32,000 bases of DNA from Moraxella nasicaprae (lineage in GTDB: Bacteria > Pseudomonadota > Gammaproteobacteria > Pseudomonadales > Moraxellaceae): assembly GCF_025643275.1 (NCBI RefSeq), contig NZ_CP089977.1:360001-392000 (forward strand), in the 5' to 3' direction. A program made the position numbers and the translations under genes. The notes beneath the pieces were generated by a model, which was not told where the DNA came from, made no database searches, and was given only the letters and a program-made list of their open reading frames with translations. The stretch's first letter is position 1, and each line of letters opens with the position of its first letter. This document shows positions 9,895 to 18,723 of the stretch, piece after piece.

Positions 9895-9928
9895 AAAAAA
9901 AAAGACGGCTGATTGGTCGTCTTTTTTG
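9895..9928 (+). terminator. Rho-independent terminator after the receptor gene
   Basis: aaaaaaaaagacgg-ctgattgg-tcgtctttttt. Confidence 0.75.
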
Positions 9929-9970
9929 TCAGTTGGAGCATGGTAAGCAGATGAAATCCGAAGTCTTTTT

Positions 9971-9979
9971 TGTTATAAT
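9971..9979 (+). promoter_or_regulatory. Extended -10 element TGTTATAAT for ahcY
   Basis: Exact TGnTATAAT. The predicted start near 9986 lies just before the structured leader. Confidence 0.45.
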
Positions 9980-9987
9980 GATACATC

Positions 9988-10086
9988 GCCAAGAGATGTT
10001 GCAACTTTTTAAGCAGATTGTTTGATTAAAAAGTCAGGCTTGGTTTAATTATGATTCATCAAATAATTATAAAACAACGACATCTG
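9988..10086 (+). promoter_or_regulatory. Candidate SAH riboswitch (SAH_riboswitch class, AU-rich variant) in the ahcY 5' leader
   Basis: P1 ccaag (9989-9993) / cttgg (10039-10043). P2 ctttttaa (10005-10012) / ttaaaaag (10026-10033). Optional hairpin taattat (10046-10052) / ataatta (10063-10069). Pseudoknot agatgt (9994-9999) / acatct (10080-10085). Unpaired ttgcaac, tcaggc and caacg occupy the positions of the conserved UGCrAC, CAGGC and AACGG as I recall the consensus. The genomic context (ahcY) is the canonical one. Confidence 0.5.
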
Positions 10087-10119
10087 CCTATTTCTTTTTT
10101 ACCGATAAGGAGTGGACAG

Positions 10120-11484
10120 ATGTCTACATTCACTGACTACAAAGTCGCCGATATTTCACTTGCTGAATTTGGTCGCAAAGAGATTAAACTTGCTGAAACC
10201 GAAATGCCTGCCTTGATGGGTCTGCGTAAACGCTATCAAGATGCTCAGCCCTTAGCTGGTGCTAAGATTGTCGGCTGTATCCACATGACCATTCAAACAG
10301 CCGTTTTGATTGAAACGCTGGTGGCATTAGGTGCAGAGGTTCGTTGGACTTCATGCAATATCTTTTCTACCCAAGACCACGCTGCCGCTGCCATTGCTGC
10401 TGCTGGCATTCCTGTCTTTGCGTGGAAAGGCGAAACCGAAGAAGAATATGAATGGTGCCTAGAACAACAAATCCACAAAGACGGACAGCTTTGGGACGCT
10501 AACCTAATCCTAGATGACGGTGGCGATTTGACCGCTTTGATTCACAACAAATACCCACAAATGCTAGACACCATTCACGGCATCAGCGAAGAGACCACCA
10601 CAGGCGTGCATCGTTTGATTGACATGCTAAACAAAGGCGAGCTAAAAGTACCTGCCATCAATGTCAATGACGCTGTCACCAAATCCAAAAATGACAACAA
10701 ATACGGTTGCCGTCATTCACTCAACGATGCCATCAAGCGTGGTACGGATATGTTATTGGCTGGTCGTCGTGCCTTGGTCATCGGCTATGGCGATGTGGGC
10801 AAAGGCTCTGCTCAGTCTCTACGCCAAGAAGGCATGATTGTGCGTGTCAGCGAGATTGACCCCATCTGTGCAATGCAAGCATGTATGGACGGCTATGAAT
10901 TGGTGTCGCCTTATGTGGGTGGCGATGCTGCTAATGGCGTCAATACTGCCCTACTTCAAGATACCGACCTTGTCGTTACCACCACAGGTAACTACCATGT
11001 GTGCGATAGCCAAATGCTAAAAGCCCTAAAATCTACGGCTGTGGTCTGCAATATTGGGCATTTTGATACCGAGATTGACACTCAATTCATGCGTGACAAC
11101 TGGAAATGGGTAGAAGTAAAACCACAAGTTCATCAAGTCTATCGCTCAAACGATGAATCTGATTATCTGATTTTGCTATCAGAGGGTCGTCTTGTCAATC
11201 TGGGTAATGCCACAGGACACCCATCACGCATTATGGACGGTTCATTCGCCAATCAGGTATTGGCTCAAATCCATCTTTATCAAGAAAAATTTGCTGATTT
11301 GCCAGCATCTGAAAAAGCTCAGCACCTGTATGTCAAAGTCCTACCCAAAAAGCTGGACGAGGAAGTTGCTGCTGCCATGGTTGCAGGCTTTGGTGGTGTG
11401 ATGACCAAGCTAACACAGGAACAAGCAGACTATCTGGGCGTGCCTGTTGAAGGTCCTTTTAAATCCGAAGAATATAAATACTAA
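10120..11484 (+). CDS. ahcY: Adenosylhomocysteinase (S-adenosyl-L-homocysteine hydrolase)
   Basis: [71 protein letters not shown] (NAD site), NIGHFD.EID. The ATG at 10120 follows aaggag (10107-10112). Confidence 0.92.
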   Translation: MSTFTDYKVADISLAEFGRKEIKLAETEMPALMGLRKRYQDAQPLAGAKIVGCIHMTIQTAVLIETLVALGAEVRWTSCNIFSTQDHAAAAIAAAGIPVFAWKGETEEEYEWCLEQQIHKDGQLWDANLILDDGGDLTALIHNKYPQMLDTIHGISEETTTGVHRLIDMLNKGELKVPAINVNDAVTKSKNDNKYGCRHSLNDAIKRGTDMLLAGRRALVIGYGDVGKGSAQSLRQEGMIVRVSEIDPICAMQACMDGYELVSPYVGGDAANGVNTALLQDTDLVVTTTGNYHVCDSQMLKALKSTAVVCNIGHFDTEIDTQFMRDNWKWVEVKPQVHQVYRSNDESDYLILLSEGRLVNLGNATGHPSRIMDGSFANQVLAQIHLYQEKFADLPASEKAQHLYVKVLPKKLDEEVAAAMVAGFGGVMTKLTQEQADYLGVPVEGPFKSEEYKY

Positions 11485-11504
11485 ACCTTCATGATTTGAC
11501 AATC

Positions 11505-11535
11505 AAAAGCGATGGGGAGACTCATCGCTTTTTTA
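11505..11535 (+). terminator. Rho-independent terminator after ahcY
   Basis: aaagcgatg-gggagact-catcgctttttt. Confidence 0.75.
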
Positions 11536-11600
11536 TTAAAAATATCAAATTACCATCAAGCACTCATCACTGAATTTCAATTAACAAATCAGCAAAAACC

Positions 11601-11609
11601 TGTTATAAT
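11601..11609 (+). promoter_or_regulatory. Extended -10 element TGTTATAAT for metF
   Basis: Exact TGnTATAAT 59 nt upstream of the ATG at 11668. Confidence 0.4.
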
Positions 11610-11667
11610 TTTCAACAAAAGTTGAGAATAATTAAATTAAATTTGATTTCATTCATATAGGAACATC

Positions 11668-12615
11668 ATGAGTCAACATACCCTAAATCGCCTACAAACC
11701 ATCGAAACACTCTTGGGCGAATTAAAACAAGATTTGGCGGTCAGCTTACAGCCAGCACGCCAAGAAACCCATGCGAAAATTCCGTTTTCTTTCGAATTTT
11801 TTCCCACCAAAACAGATGATGCACAAGCCAAATTACTCAGCACTTTCAAAGAGCTGGGCGAATTAAATCCACAATACTGCTCAGTCACTTATGGTGCTGG
11901 TGGCACAACTCGTGAACGCACGCTGGGCATCGTCAAATCTTTTCGTGAGCAGTCCGCCATTCCTGTTGTACCGCACATGTCATGTATTGGCGATAGCAAG
12001 GCTGAGATTGGCGAATTGCTTGATTGTTATAAGGGCTTGGGTGTAAAACGAGTGGTTGCCTTGCGTGGCGATTTACCATCAGGTCAGGTTGGTTATGGCG
12101 AACTGCCATTTGCCCTAGATTTGGTCAAATACATTCGTGAGCATAGTGGCGAGCATTTTAACATCAAAGTTGCCGCCTATCCTGAAATGCACCCACAAGC
12201 CAAAAGTTTCAAACAAGACATCAAAAATCTGGCGGATAAATACCACGCAGGGGCGAATGAGGCCATTACTCAGTTTTTTTATAATGCAGACAGTTATTTA
12301 TTTTTAAGAGATGAATTGGCAAAACTGGGTGTTCATCAAGAGAACTTCCCCATCACCGCAGGCATCATGCCAATCACCAAAGCCAGCAATCTGATTCGTT
12401 TTGCTGATAATTGTGGGGCGGACATTCCGCGCTATATTCGCAAACAACTGACAGATTTTGGCGATGACACCAAAGCCATCAAAGAATTTGGCTTTGAGGT
12501 GGTGTATCATCTATGTCAGCGTCTGATGAGCGAGGGCGTGCCTAGTTTGCATTTTTATAGCATGAATCAGGTTCAGCCAAACAAACGACTGGTTGAAAGC
12601 CTAGGCTTGGTATAA
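11668..12615 (+). CDS. metF: 5,10-methylenetetrahydrofolate reductase
   Basis: FSFEFFPTKT, SVTYGAGG.TR, VPHMSCIG, VALRGD and FYSMN are typical MetF motifs. RBS aggaa. Confidence 0.9.
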   Translation: MSQHTLNRLQTIETLLGELKQDLAVSLQPARQETHAKIPFSFEFFPTKTDDAQAKLLSTFKELGELNPQYCSVTYGAGGTTRERTLGIVKSFREQSAIPVVPHMSCIGDSKAEIGELLDCYKGLGVKRVVALRGDLPSGQVGYGELPFALDLVKYIREHSGEHFNIKVAAYPEMHPQAKSFKQDIKNLADKYHAGANEAITQFFYNADSYLFLRDELAKLGVHQENFPITAGIMPITKASNLIRFADNCGADIPRYIRKQLTDFGDDTKAIKEFGFEVVYHLCQRLMSEGVPSLHFYSMNQVQPNKRLVESLGLV

Positions 12616-12620
12616 CGCTG

Positions 12621-13340
12621 ATGTCTCGTTTTTTTATCCCCACACCGTTATCGCCCAGCCAGCTTGGGCAAGAAATTAGTCTGACTGATGACATTTATCA
12701 TCATTGGTGCAAAGTGCTGCGTGCCAAAGTGGGCGATGTGGGCATATTGTTTGATGGCCAAGGTGGCGAATATCAAGTAAGCCTTGTTCATATCAACAAA
12801 AAAACAGCTCTGGTACGCCTAGATGAATACAATCCCATCAACCGCACACCGCCTTTTGTGGCGACGATTGGACTGGTGATGAGTCGTGGCGATCGCATGG
12901 ATTACGCCATTCAAAAGGCGTGCGAGATGGGTGTGGCAAATATTCAGCTTTTGACCAGCGAACGCTGCCAAGAACATCTTAAATACGAACGGGATTTAAA
13001 AAAAATCACACATTGGCAAGGTGTGGCGGTATCAGCGTGTGAGCAATGCGGTCTGAATCTAGTACCCAAAATCATCAATCCTGTCAATCTTGATGAGTGG
13101 GTGGCACAGTGTGACGATGAATTAAAATTGGTGCTGGCGTTGTCCGATGGCAATCCACAGTTTGCCAAACCCCTACCCAAACACATTGCCCTACTCATCG
13201 GTGGCGAAGGCGGTCTATCGCCTCGTGAGATAGCACTTGCCAAGCAACATGGATTTTTGGCATGGACGATTGGCGAGCGAGTGCTGCGTACCGAAACCGC
13301 CCCTGTGGTGGCTTTGACCGCATTACAGATGCTTAGCTGA
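12621..13340 (+). CDS. rsmE: 16S rRNA (uracil1498-N3)-methyltransferase
   Basis: MSRFFIP...HH..VLR.K.GD N-terminal PUA-like region and C-terminal SPOUT knot LLIGGEGGLSPREI....G.....LG.RVLRTETA. Starts 6 nt after the metF stop. Confidence 0.85.
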   Translation: MSRFFIPTPLSPSQLGQEISLTDDIYHHWCKVLRAKVGDVGILFDGQGGEYQVSLVHINKKTALVRLDEYNPINRTPPFVATIGLVMSRGDRMDYAIQKACEMGVANIQLLTSERCQEHLKYERDLKKITHWQGVAVSACEQCGLNLVPKIINPVNLDEWVAQCDDELKLVLALSDGNPQFAKPLPKHIALLIGGEGGLSPREIALAKQHGFLAWTIGERVLRTETAPVVALTALQMLS

Positions 13341-14228
13341 TGTGTCTTGTAGCTGTTGCCACATGGAGAGCATCTGCACGCTACTAGCCACATCATGCAC
13401 TCGCACGATGCTTGCCCCAGCCTGCACCGCCAGTAATGACATACCCGCCCCCATCAGGTCTCTGTCTGCTGGCGTGTGCGTCTTCCATGCAGGATTAGCA
13501 TGACTTAAAAGCTCGCCCAAGAACCGCTTGCGAGACACCCCAAATAACATTGGTAAATCAAAATACTGCACCAGCTCATCAAAGTGCTGCATGATGAGCT
13601 TATGGTGTTCAAAATTCTTGGCAAATCCCATGCCCACATCAACAATAATCTGCTTACGCTGAATACCGACTGCCATCGCTTGATTGATTTTTTCATCAAG
13701 CTCCGCCTTGATTTGTTCTAACACTAAGTCATACACCGCCAAATCATTCATCGTATCAGGCTCGCCACGACTGTGCATCAAAACCACAGGAACACCAAGC
13801 TGTGCCGCCATCAGCAACGCCCCATCACGCCCCAAGGCTCGAACATCATTGATGATGTCTGCCCCAGCATTGATGCCTTGCTCCATCACAGCAGGACTGC
13901 TGGTGTCAAGCGACAACCAGATTTGATTGCCAAAATGCTCACGAATCGCTCGCACCGCTGGCACAACCCGAGCCAGCTCCTCTTCTTGGCTGACCTTATC
14001 AGCATTAGGTCTGGTGGATTCTCCGCCAATATCAATGATGTCCACACCAGTCTGTATCATCTGCTGACAATGTGCCAAAATCCGCTCAATGGTGGTAAAC
14101 TGACCACCGTCCGAAAACGAATCAGGCGTAACATTAAGAATCCCCATAACTTTGGGCGTGGATAAGTCTAATTGCTTATGATTGGCAGTCAATAATACGG
14201 GGGTGGATTTTGGGTAGATGATGGACAT
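13323..14228 (-). CDS. folP: Dihydropteroate synthase
   Basis: VMGILNVTPDSFSDGG, IIDIGGESTRP, ISLDT, IINDV, GFAKN, GVSRK and VRVHDV are canonical DHPS motifs. Confidence 0.9.
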   Translation of the reverse strand: MSIIYPKSTPVLLTANHKQLDLSTPKVMGILNVTPDSFSDGGQFTTIERILAHCQQMIQTGVDIIDIGGESTRPNADKVSQEEELARVVPAVRAIREHFGNQIWLSLDTSSPAVMEQGINAGADIINDVRALGRDGALLMAAQLGVPVVLMHSRGEPDTMNDLAVYDLVLEQIKAELDEKINQAMAVGIQRKQIIVDVGMGFAKNFEHHKLIMQHFDELVQYFDLPMLFGVSRKRFLGELLSHANPAWKTHTPADRDLMGAGMSLLAVQAGASIVRVHDVASSVQMLSMWQQLQDTSAKHL

Positions 14229-14499
14229 AGGCTTTGCTGTGCATAAAAAAATAAATCCTACATATCATAGCACAGTTATGCCATGATTTTGATAAGATAC
14301 TTTCATCTTTTGATGATTCTGGGTCAAACTGTGACAAAAAGATGGATAATACTTGCCATCAAACCAGATTTATTCTTATAATTGACAAAACAACCGACCA
14401 AAACCAATAAAAAGCCATCTTATCATGATACTCATAACAAGATGGTTGGCATTGATGATGGTTTAATATCAATATATGATTGATTTTTAAGGAAAAATT

Positions 14500-15927
14500 T
14501 TGCAATATTTTGACAGGCACGAAGGTGGGGAAAATGCCATTTTGGTGCATTTGGACATTCATCAAATCAGCGACCCAGATGATTTGGAAGAATTTCGCCT
14601 ACTGGTGCATTCTGCTGGGGCAAATGAAATTGAAGTCATCACAGGTTCACGCAGCAAGCCACACGCCAAGTATTTTGTTGGCACAGGTAAAGCCCAAGAG
14701 ATTGCTGATGCGGTCAAGCGATTTAGAGACACGCACGAAGATGGCGATGATGTGATTGTCATTTTTAATCACAATCTAAGTCCAAGTCAAGAACGAAACC
14801 TAGAAGCCACGCTCAAATGCCGTGTGCTAGATAGAACGGGTCTGATTTTGGATATTTTTGCCCAAAGAGCCAGAACTTATGAAGGCAAATTACAAGTCGA
14901 GTTGGCACAATTAAACCATTTGGCAACTCGACTGGTGCGTGGCTGGACGCATCTAGAACGCCAAAAAGGCGGTATTGGTCTTCGAGGACCTGGCGAAACT
15001 CAGCTAGAAACTGACCGCCGCCTGCTCCAAATTCGTGTCAATCAGCTCAAAGCCAAGCTCGAAAAAGTCAAGCAAACTCGTGCTCAGGGTCGCTCAAAAC
15101 GCCAAAAATCAGAAACACCCACCATTTCTTTGGTTGGTTATACCAATGCGGGCAAATCCACCCTATTTAATCGACTTGCCGATGACAACATCTATGCTGC
15201 CGACCAACTGTTTGCAACGCTTGACCCAACGCTTAGACGAGTCAAATGGGCAGGTGTAGGCAATGTGGTGCTGGCGGATACGGTTGGTTTTGTGCGTCAT
15301 TTGCCACACGAGCTGGTAGAAAGTTTTCACGCCACCTTAGAAGAGACTTTGGAGGCGGATTTGCTACTGCATGTGATTGACGCATCAAGCCCAGACATGC
15401 ACGAACAAATCGATGCAGTTAATGATGTACTCTCGCAAATCAAAGCAGATGCCCCGATTTTATTGGTGTATAACAAAATCGACAAAAGTGGCGAACCTGC
15501 TGGTATCTACTACCAAGAAACCAACACACCTGCCAGAGTTTATGTCTCTGCCCGTGATGGCATTGGCATGGATAAACTCATTCAAGCCGTCCAAGAACTG
15601 CTTTCTGGCAATCTACATCACTACATCATCACACTGCCCTATCATGCAGGGCAACTAAAAAATACCTTGCACGAACTTGGTGTGATAGAACATAGCGACT
15701 ATGATGATACTGGCAAAGAAGTGCTGAGCGTTAGGCTTTCTGCCAGCAAACTTAAACAACTTTTGGGGCAATTTAAACTTGATGCCAAAGAAGTATTATC
15801 GCCCAAAGATGCTAAAAGTCTAGCTCCTGCACTTGAACCATTTGAAGAAGCAATACAACAAAGTCGTGCCATCAAAAATAAAAATGATGAACATAGCTTG
15901 ACAGACCTTGACCCTTTTTGTCATTAG
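14500..15927 (+). CDS. hflX: Ribosome-associated GTPase HflX
   Basis: ILDIFAQRA.T.EGKLQVELAQL, GIGLRGPGETQLE.DRR, G1 GYTNAGKST, G3 DTVGF, G4 NKID. TTG start at 14500 with aagga 7 nt upstream. The C-terminus is about 45 aa longer than in E. coli HflX. Confidence 0.85.
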   Translation: MQYFDRHEGGENAILVHLDIHQISDPDDLEEFRLLVHSAGANEIEVITGSRSKPHAKYFVGTGKAQEIADAVKRFRDTHEDGDDVIVIFNHNLSPSQERNLEATLKCRVLDRTGLILDIFAQRARTYEGKLQVELAQLNHLATRLVRGWTHLERQKGGIGLRGPGETQLETDRRLLQIRVNQLKAKLEKVKQTRAQGRSKRQKSETPTISLVGYTNAGKSTLFNRLADDNIYAADQLFATLDPTLRRVKWAGVGNVVLADTVGFVRHLPHELVESFHATLEETLEADLLLHVIDASSPDMHEQIDAVNDVLSQIKADAPILLVYNKIDKSGEPAGIYYQETNTPARVYVSARDGIGMDKLIQAVQELLSGNLHHYIITLPYHAGQLKNTLHELGVIEHSDYDDTGKEVLSVRLSASKLKQLLGQFKLDAKEVLSPKDAKSLAPALEPFEEAIQQSRAIKNKNDEHSLTDLDPFCH

Positions 15928-15993
15928 ACGGTACAATCGCCATTGACCGATGTTTGATGAACATCAAGATAAATACCCAAAAGGATATACATA

Positions 15994-16395
15994 ATGACAA
16001 CCGCTCGACAACCTAGATTTTGGCTCGGTATGATTGCCACCATTGCCATCGTGGTTGGCGTACGAGAATTGTCATTGCTGATTTGTGCTTATTTTGGTAT
16101 GCCCACCGCTGCCAACATTGTCGGCTTGGTAGGTCTGTTTGTGATACTGATTGGCGTGCGTATGACACTAGGCTTGCCAGAGTGGCTTGCTCAGTCAGCC
16201 AGCAGACTGCTGGTCGATAGTGGTTTTGCTTTTTTGCCTGTTTCTGCTGGTGCTGGCATTTTGCTGTTTGGCTTAGGGGCGGATTTGCCAGCCGTCTCTT
16301 TGGTCATCATCATCAGTACCGTACTGCCCTTGTGGTTTTTTGCCAAACTGTCCGCTCTATGGCTGGCTGACCACACTCAGGGAGAAAGCAAATGA
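15994..16395 (+). CDS. CidA/LrgA-family membrane protein (YohJ-like)
   Basis: 133 aa, four hydrophobic segments, and a 4-nt ATGA overlap with the following LrgB-family gene. Confidence 0.8.
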   Translation: MTTARQPRFWLGMIATIAIVVGVRELSLLICAYFGMPTAANIVGLVGLFVILIGVRMTLGLPEWLAQSASRLLVDSGFAFLPVSAGAGILLFGLGADLPAVSLVIIISTVLPLWFFAKLSALWLADHTQGESK

Positions 16396-17087
16396 CAGTC
16401 CTAGATAGCAGTACCATTGCTTTGGCATTCATGATTACGCTGGTGGCACACATTGGCTCAAAATATGTCCTAAGATACCTCAATCGCTACATTCGTGGCA
16501 TTCCAATGATTATCATCGCCATCTGTTTAACCCTACTGATTTTATGGGTGATTGGACTAGATTATCATCATTATTACGCTCACGCCAAGCCTATATTTGA
16601 TAGACTCTTAGGTTATAGCACCGTGCTACTGGCTGTGCCGTTGGCTGGCATGAATTTTCAGGGATTACCCATCAAAAAACTTAGCCTCATTGTACTATTT
16701 GCCAGTATGGTTGGTGCTATCTTACCCATGTCACTTAGCTATCTGCTTGCTCTAAATCACGATACCCTACTTGCCTTTGCTACTCGCTCTGTGACCACGC
16801 CTGTGGGGCTATCTGTTGCCCAAATCATCGAAGCACCGCTGGTCATGGCAAATCTTATCATCATCGTCTCTGGTATCTTAGGGGCTGGGATTTGTCGTGT
16901 GCTATTTCGCCACATCAAGGACGAGCGAGCTCAGGGGCTGTCTCTTGGCTTAGTGGCACACGCCATTGGCACGGTTGAAGCATGGCAAATCAGCCCAACC
17001 GCCGGACGCTATGCCGCTTTTGGTCTGGCGATTAACGGTCTGGTTACGGCGGTCTGGTTGCCGATTTTTATGCTAAATATCATCTAA
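16392..17087 (+). CDS. LrgB/CidB-family membrane protein (YohK-like)
   Basis: 231 aa, polytopic. RSVTTPVGLSVA and LVAHAIGT motifs typical of LrgB. Translationally coupled to the LrgA-like gene. Confidence 0.8.
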   Translation: MTVLDSSTIALAFMITLVAHIGSKYVLRYLNRYIRGIPMIIIAICLTLLILWVIGLDYHHYYAHAKPIFDRLLGYSTVLLAVPLAGMNFQGLPIKKLSLIVLFASMVGAILPMSLSYLLALNHDTLLAFATRSVTTPVGLSVAQIIEAPLVMANLIIIVSGILGAGICRVLFRHIKDERAQGLSLGLVAHAIGTVEAWQISPTAGRYAAFGLAINGLVTAVWLPIFMLNII

Positions 17088-17100
17088 CATACACTCTCTA

Positions 17101-17130
17101 TATCGCCGTCAATCTTGGCGGTTTTTTTTA
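17101..17130 (+). terminator. Weak rho-independent terminator after the lrgB-like gene
   Basis: atcgcc-gtcaatct-tggcggt followed by T8. Confidence 0.5.
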
Positions 17131-17611
17131 TCCAGATGGAAAATAGCCACACCAACAAGCAAGCCATCACACCAATACGATAATACAATCCATCAAACCT
17201 AGCAAAACAGCCATCTTGCCATAACAATTTATACAAGCCATTCATCACCAATGATGTGATGGTCTGTTACTCATCATGTCCATCTTATACAAGCCCACAT
17301 CAATGCCAAAAAATATATTCAACTCACATCAAAATCATACAAAAACCCTTTCTCTTAGTAATAGGCTTGTCGAATTATCAACGAGTGAAGTGGTTTTTGC
17401 TTGATTTCCCAAGCCTGCCACAAACAAAAATCTTGATTGGCTTTTAAGATATGCCTCAAACTTAGCAAAAAAGTCATATATAGTGATTTAACTTCAAAAA
17501 ATCACCAAAACCGTTCGCCCCAAGCTTGCCTTCGGGTGAGGGTTTTCCATTATGGGCAGGCAAGCTTATCACGAACGAAAAAACTTAATATAATGTGTTT
17601 TGAGCTTAATT

Positions 17612-18558
17612 TATACTCAATTCAACTCAAAATAAGACATCAGCCCACCTTCAATACTCTCAAACTTTGACAGATGACTTCTAAGCCATCTCTTAATAGT
17701 TGCCCAAGTGTGTTCTATGGGGTTTAGGTTAGGTGAATAAGGTGGGAGTGGCAAGATAACATGTTTGCATGTTGTGTTATTAGCAAGTACCTGTAACTGC
17801 TTCATTCTATGAAATCTTGCATTATCTAAGATGATGATACAAGGTCTACCTGTTTGCTTGGCGTGGTTGTCAAGGCTAGGTAGAAGCATTTGTTCAAACC
17901 AAGTTTCAAATAAGTTGCTTACCATTGTGTTTTGATAGATAAGTGGAGCAATCAAGTTTTTGGCTTTGTTACCAATTTGTCCAGCAACCAATGATATGCG
18001 TTGATAATATTTACCACTCACCTTATCATAGACTTTTTGACCCTTTAAACTTCTGGCGTGGGTGCGGTGTAGGTAAGTGTCAATACCAGTTTCATCTACA
18101 TAAACAAGCTCGTAGTCTTGTATGCTTTGTAACTGTTTTAGCCTGTCTTGATAGTCTTTGATTTTGTTTGGGTCTTGTTCTTTGTAACTTGTGGTCTTTT
18201 TTTATGGGTAATACCAAGAGAGCGTAAAGCATAAAAGATGGTACTTGTACCACAATTAAAAACTTCAGCAATTTCATACAAGTAAGCATCAGGGTTTTGC
18301 TCTACATAAGTTTTAAGCTTATTTCTGTCCACTTTAACACCACGATTGCCACCACTTTGACAGGACAAATCACCTTGTTCTTGTTTTTTAATCCAAGCAT
18401 ACAAGGTGCTTCTTGAAATGTTGTAAGCAGTACAAACTGTGCTAATATTACCACACTGCTCTAAGTAGGCTAAGGCCTTTTGTTTAAGTTCTATTGAATA
18501 TGCCATAATAGCGATATTTTAGCATAGATTTGTAGGGTTTTAAAGTGAATTTAGTATA
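17612..18558 (-). mobile_element. IS630-family insertion sequence (943-bp body, 17614-18556) flanked by a TA duplication
   Basis: Terminal inverted repeats tactcaattcaactcaaaa (17614-) versus tactaaattcactttaaaa (reverse complement of -18556), 15/19 identical. TA at 17612-17613 and 18557-18558. The transposase stop codon lies inside the left IR. Confidence 0.8.
17617..18506 (-). CDS. IS630-family DDE transposase encoded in two frames (orfA 18138-18506; orfB frame open from about 18200 to 17617)
   Basis: orfA has an HTH (NISRSTLYAWIKK). After a -1 shift at A7G (18196-18203) the reading continues KKTTSYKEQDPNKIKDYQ...LVYVDETGI...IIILDNARFH...YSPNLNPIEHTW (DDE triad). It is either a programmed or transcriptional slippage site or an inactivating frameshift. 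Confidence 0.75.
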
Positions 18559-18636
18559 CTATATTTTTAGCATGATTTGACCAAGTCCTTTATCAATAAC
18601 AAAAATCACTCAAACACCAAAACAAAAACACGCCCA

Positions 18637-18665
18637 CAAAAAACACCACCCATCAAGGGCGGTGT
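18637..18665 (-). terminator. Rho-independent terminator after the TpgA-like gene
   Basis: Minus strand reads acaccgccc-ttgat-gggtggtgt followed by tttttgt. It is preceded by a second perfect 11-bp hairpin at 18682-18712. Confidence 0.7.
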
Positions 18666-18723
18666 TTTGTCATCTTCTGTGTTTACTGTTTGTGTGTTTG
18701 TCAAACAGTAAATACTAACAAGA

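Noticed and set aside
10051-10119. Upstream extension of ahcY starting at the ATG at 10051 (and similar N-terminal extensions of rep, aroG, tatD, folD, hpt, the receptor, fabG and the adhesin in the ORF track).
   Set aside because: The extensions lack homology to the respective families and often cross terminators or leader structures. Internal ATGs with Shine-Dalgarno sequences give canonical N-termini.
11485-11667. A second SAH riboswitch upstream of metF.
   Set aside because: The leader after the TGTTATAAT element is only about 50 nt, AT-rich, and has none of the CAGGC/AACG elements or nested helices seen upstream of ahcY.
12944-13396. 150-aa ORF antisense to rsmE and overlapping the folP 3' end.
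   Set aside because: The composition is Cys/Ser/Arg-rich with no motifs, and it is fully overlapped by two well-supported genes.
14413-14446. Hairpin ccatctt...aagatgg in the hflX leader as a possible attenuator.
   Set aside because: It has no following U-tract and no alternative pairing that I could identify, so it is probably incidental leader structure.
17256-17670. ORFs of 63 aa and 77 aa in the non-coding stretch left of the IS.
   Set aside because: They have no RBS and an odd composition. The second runs into the IS inverted repeat. I could not recognise a decayed gene on either strand.
18092-18289. 65-aa ORF inside the IS in a third frame.
   Set aside because: It overlaps the orfA/orfB junction of the transposase, and the transposase reading frames explain the region.
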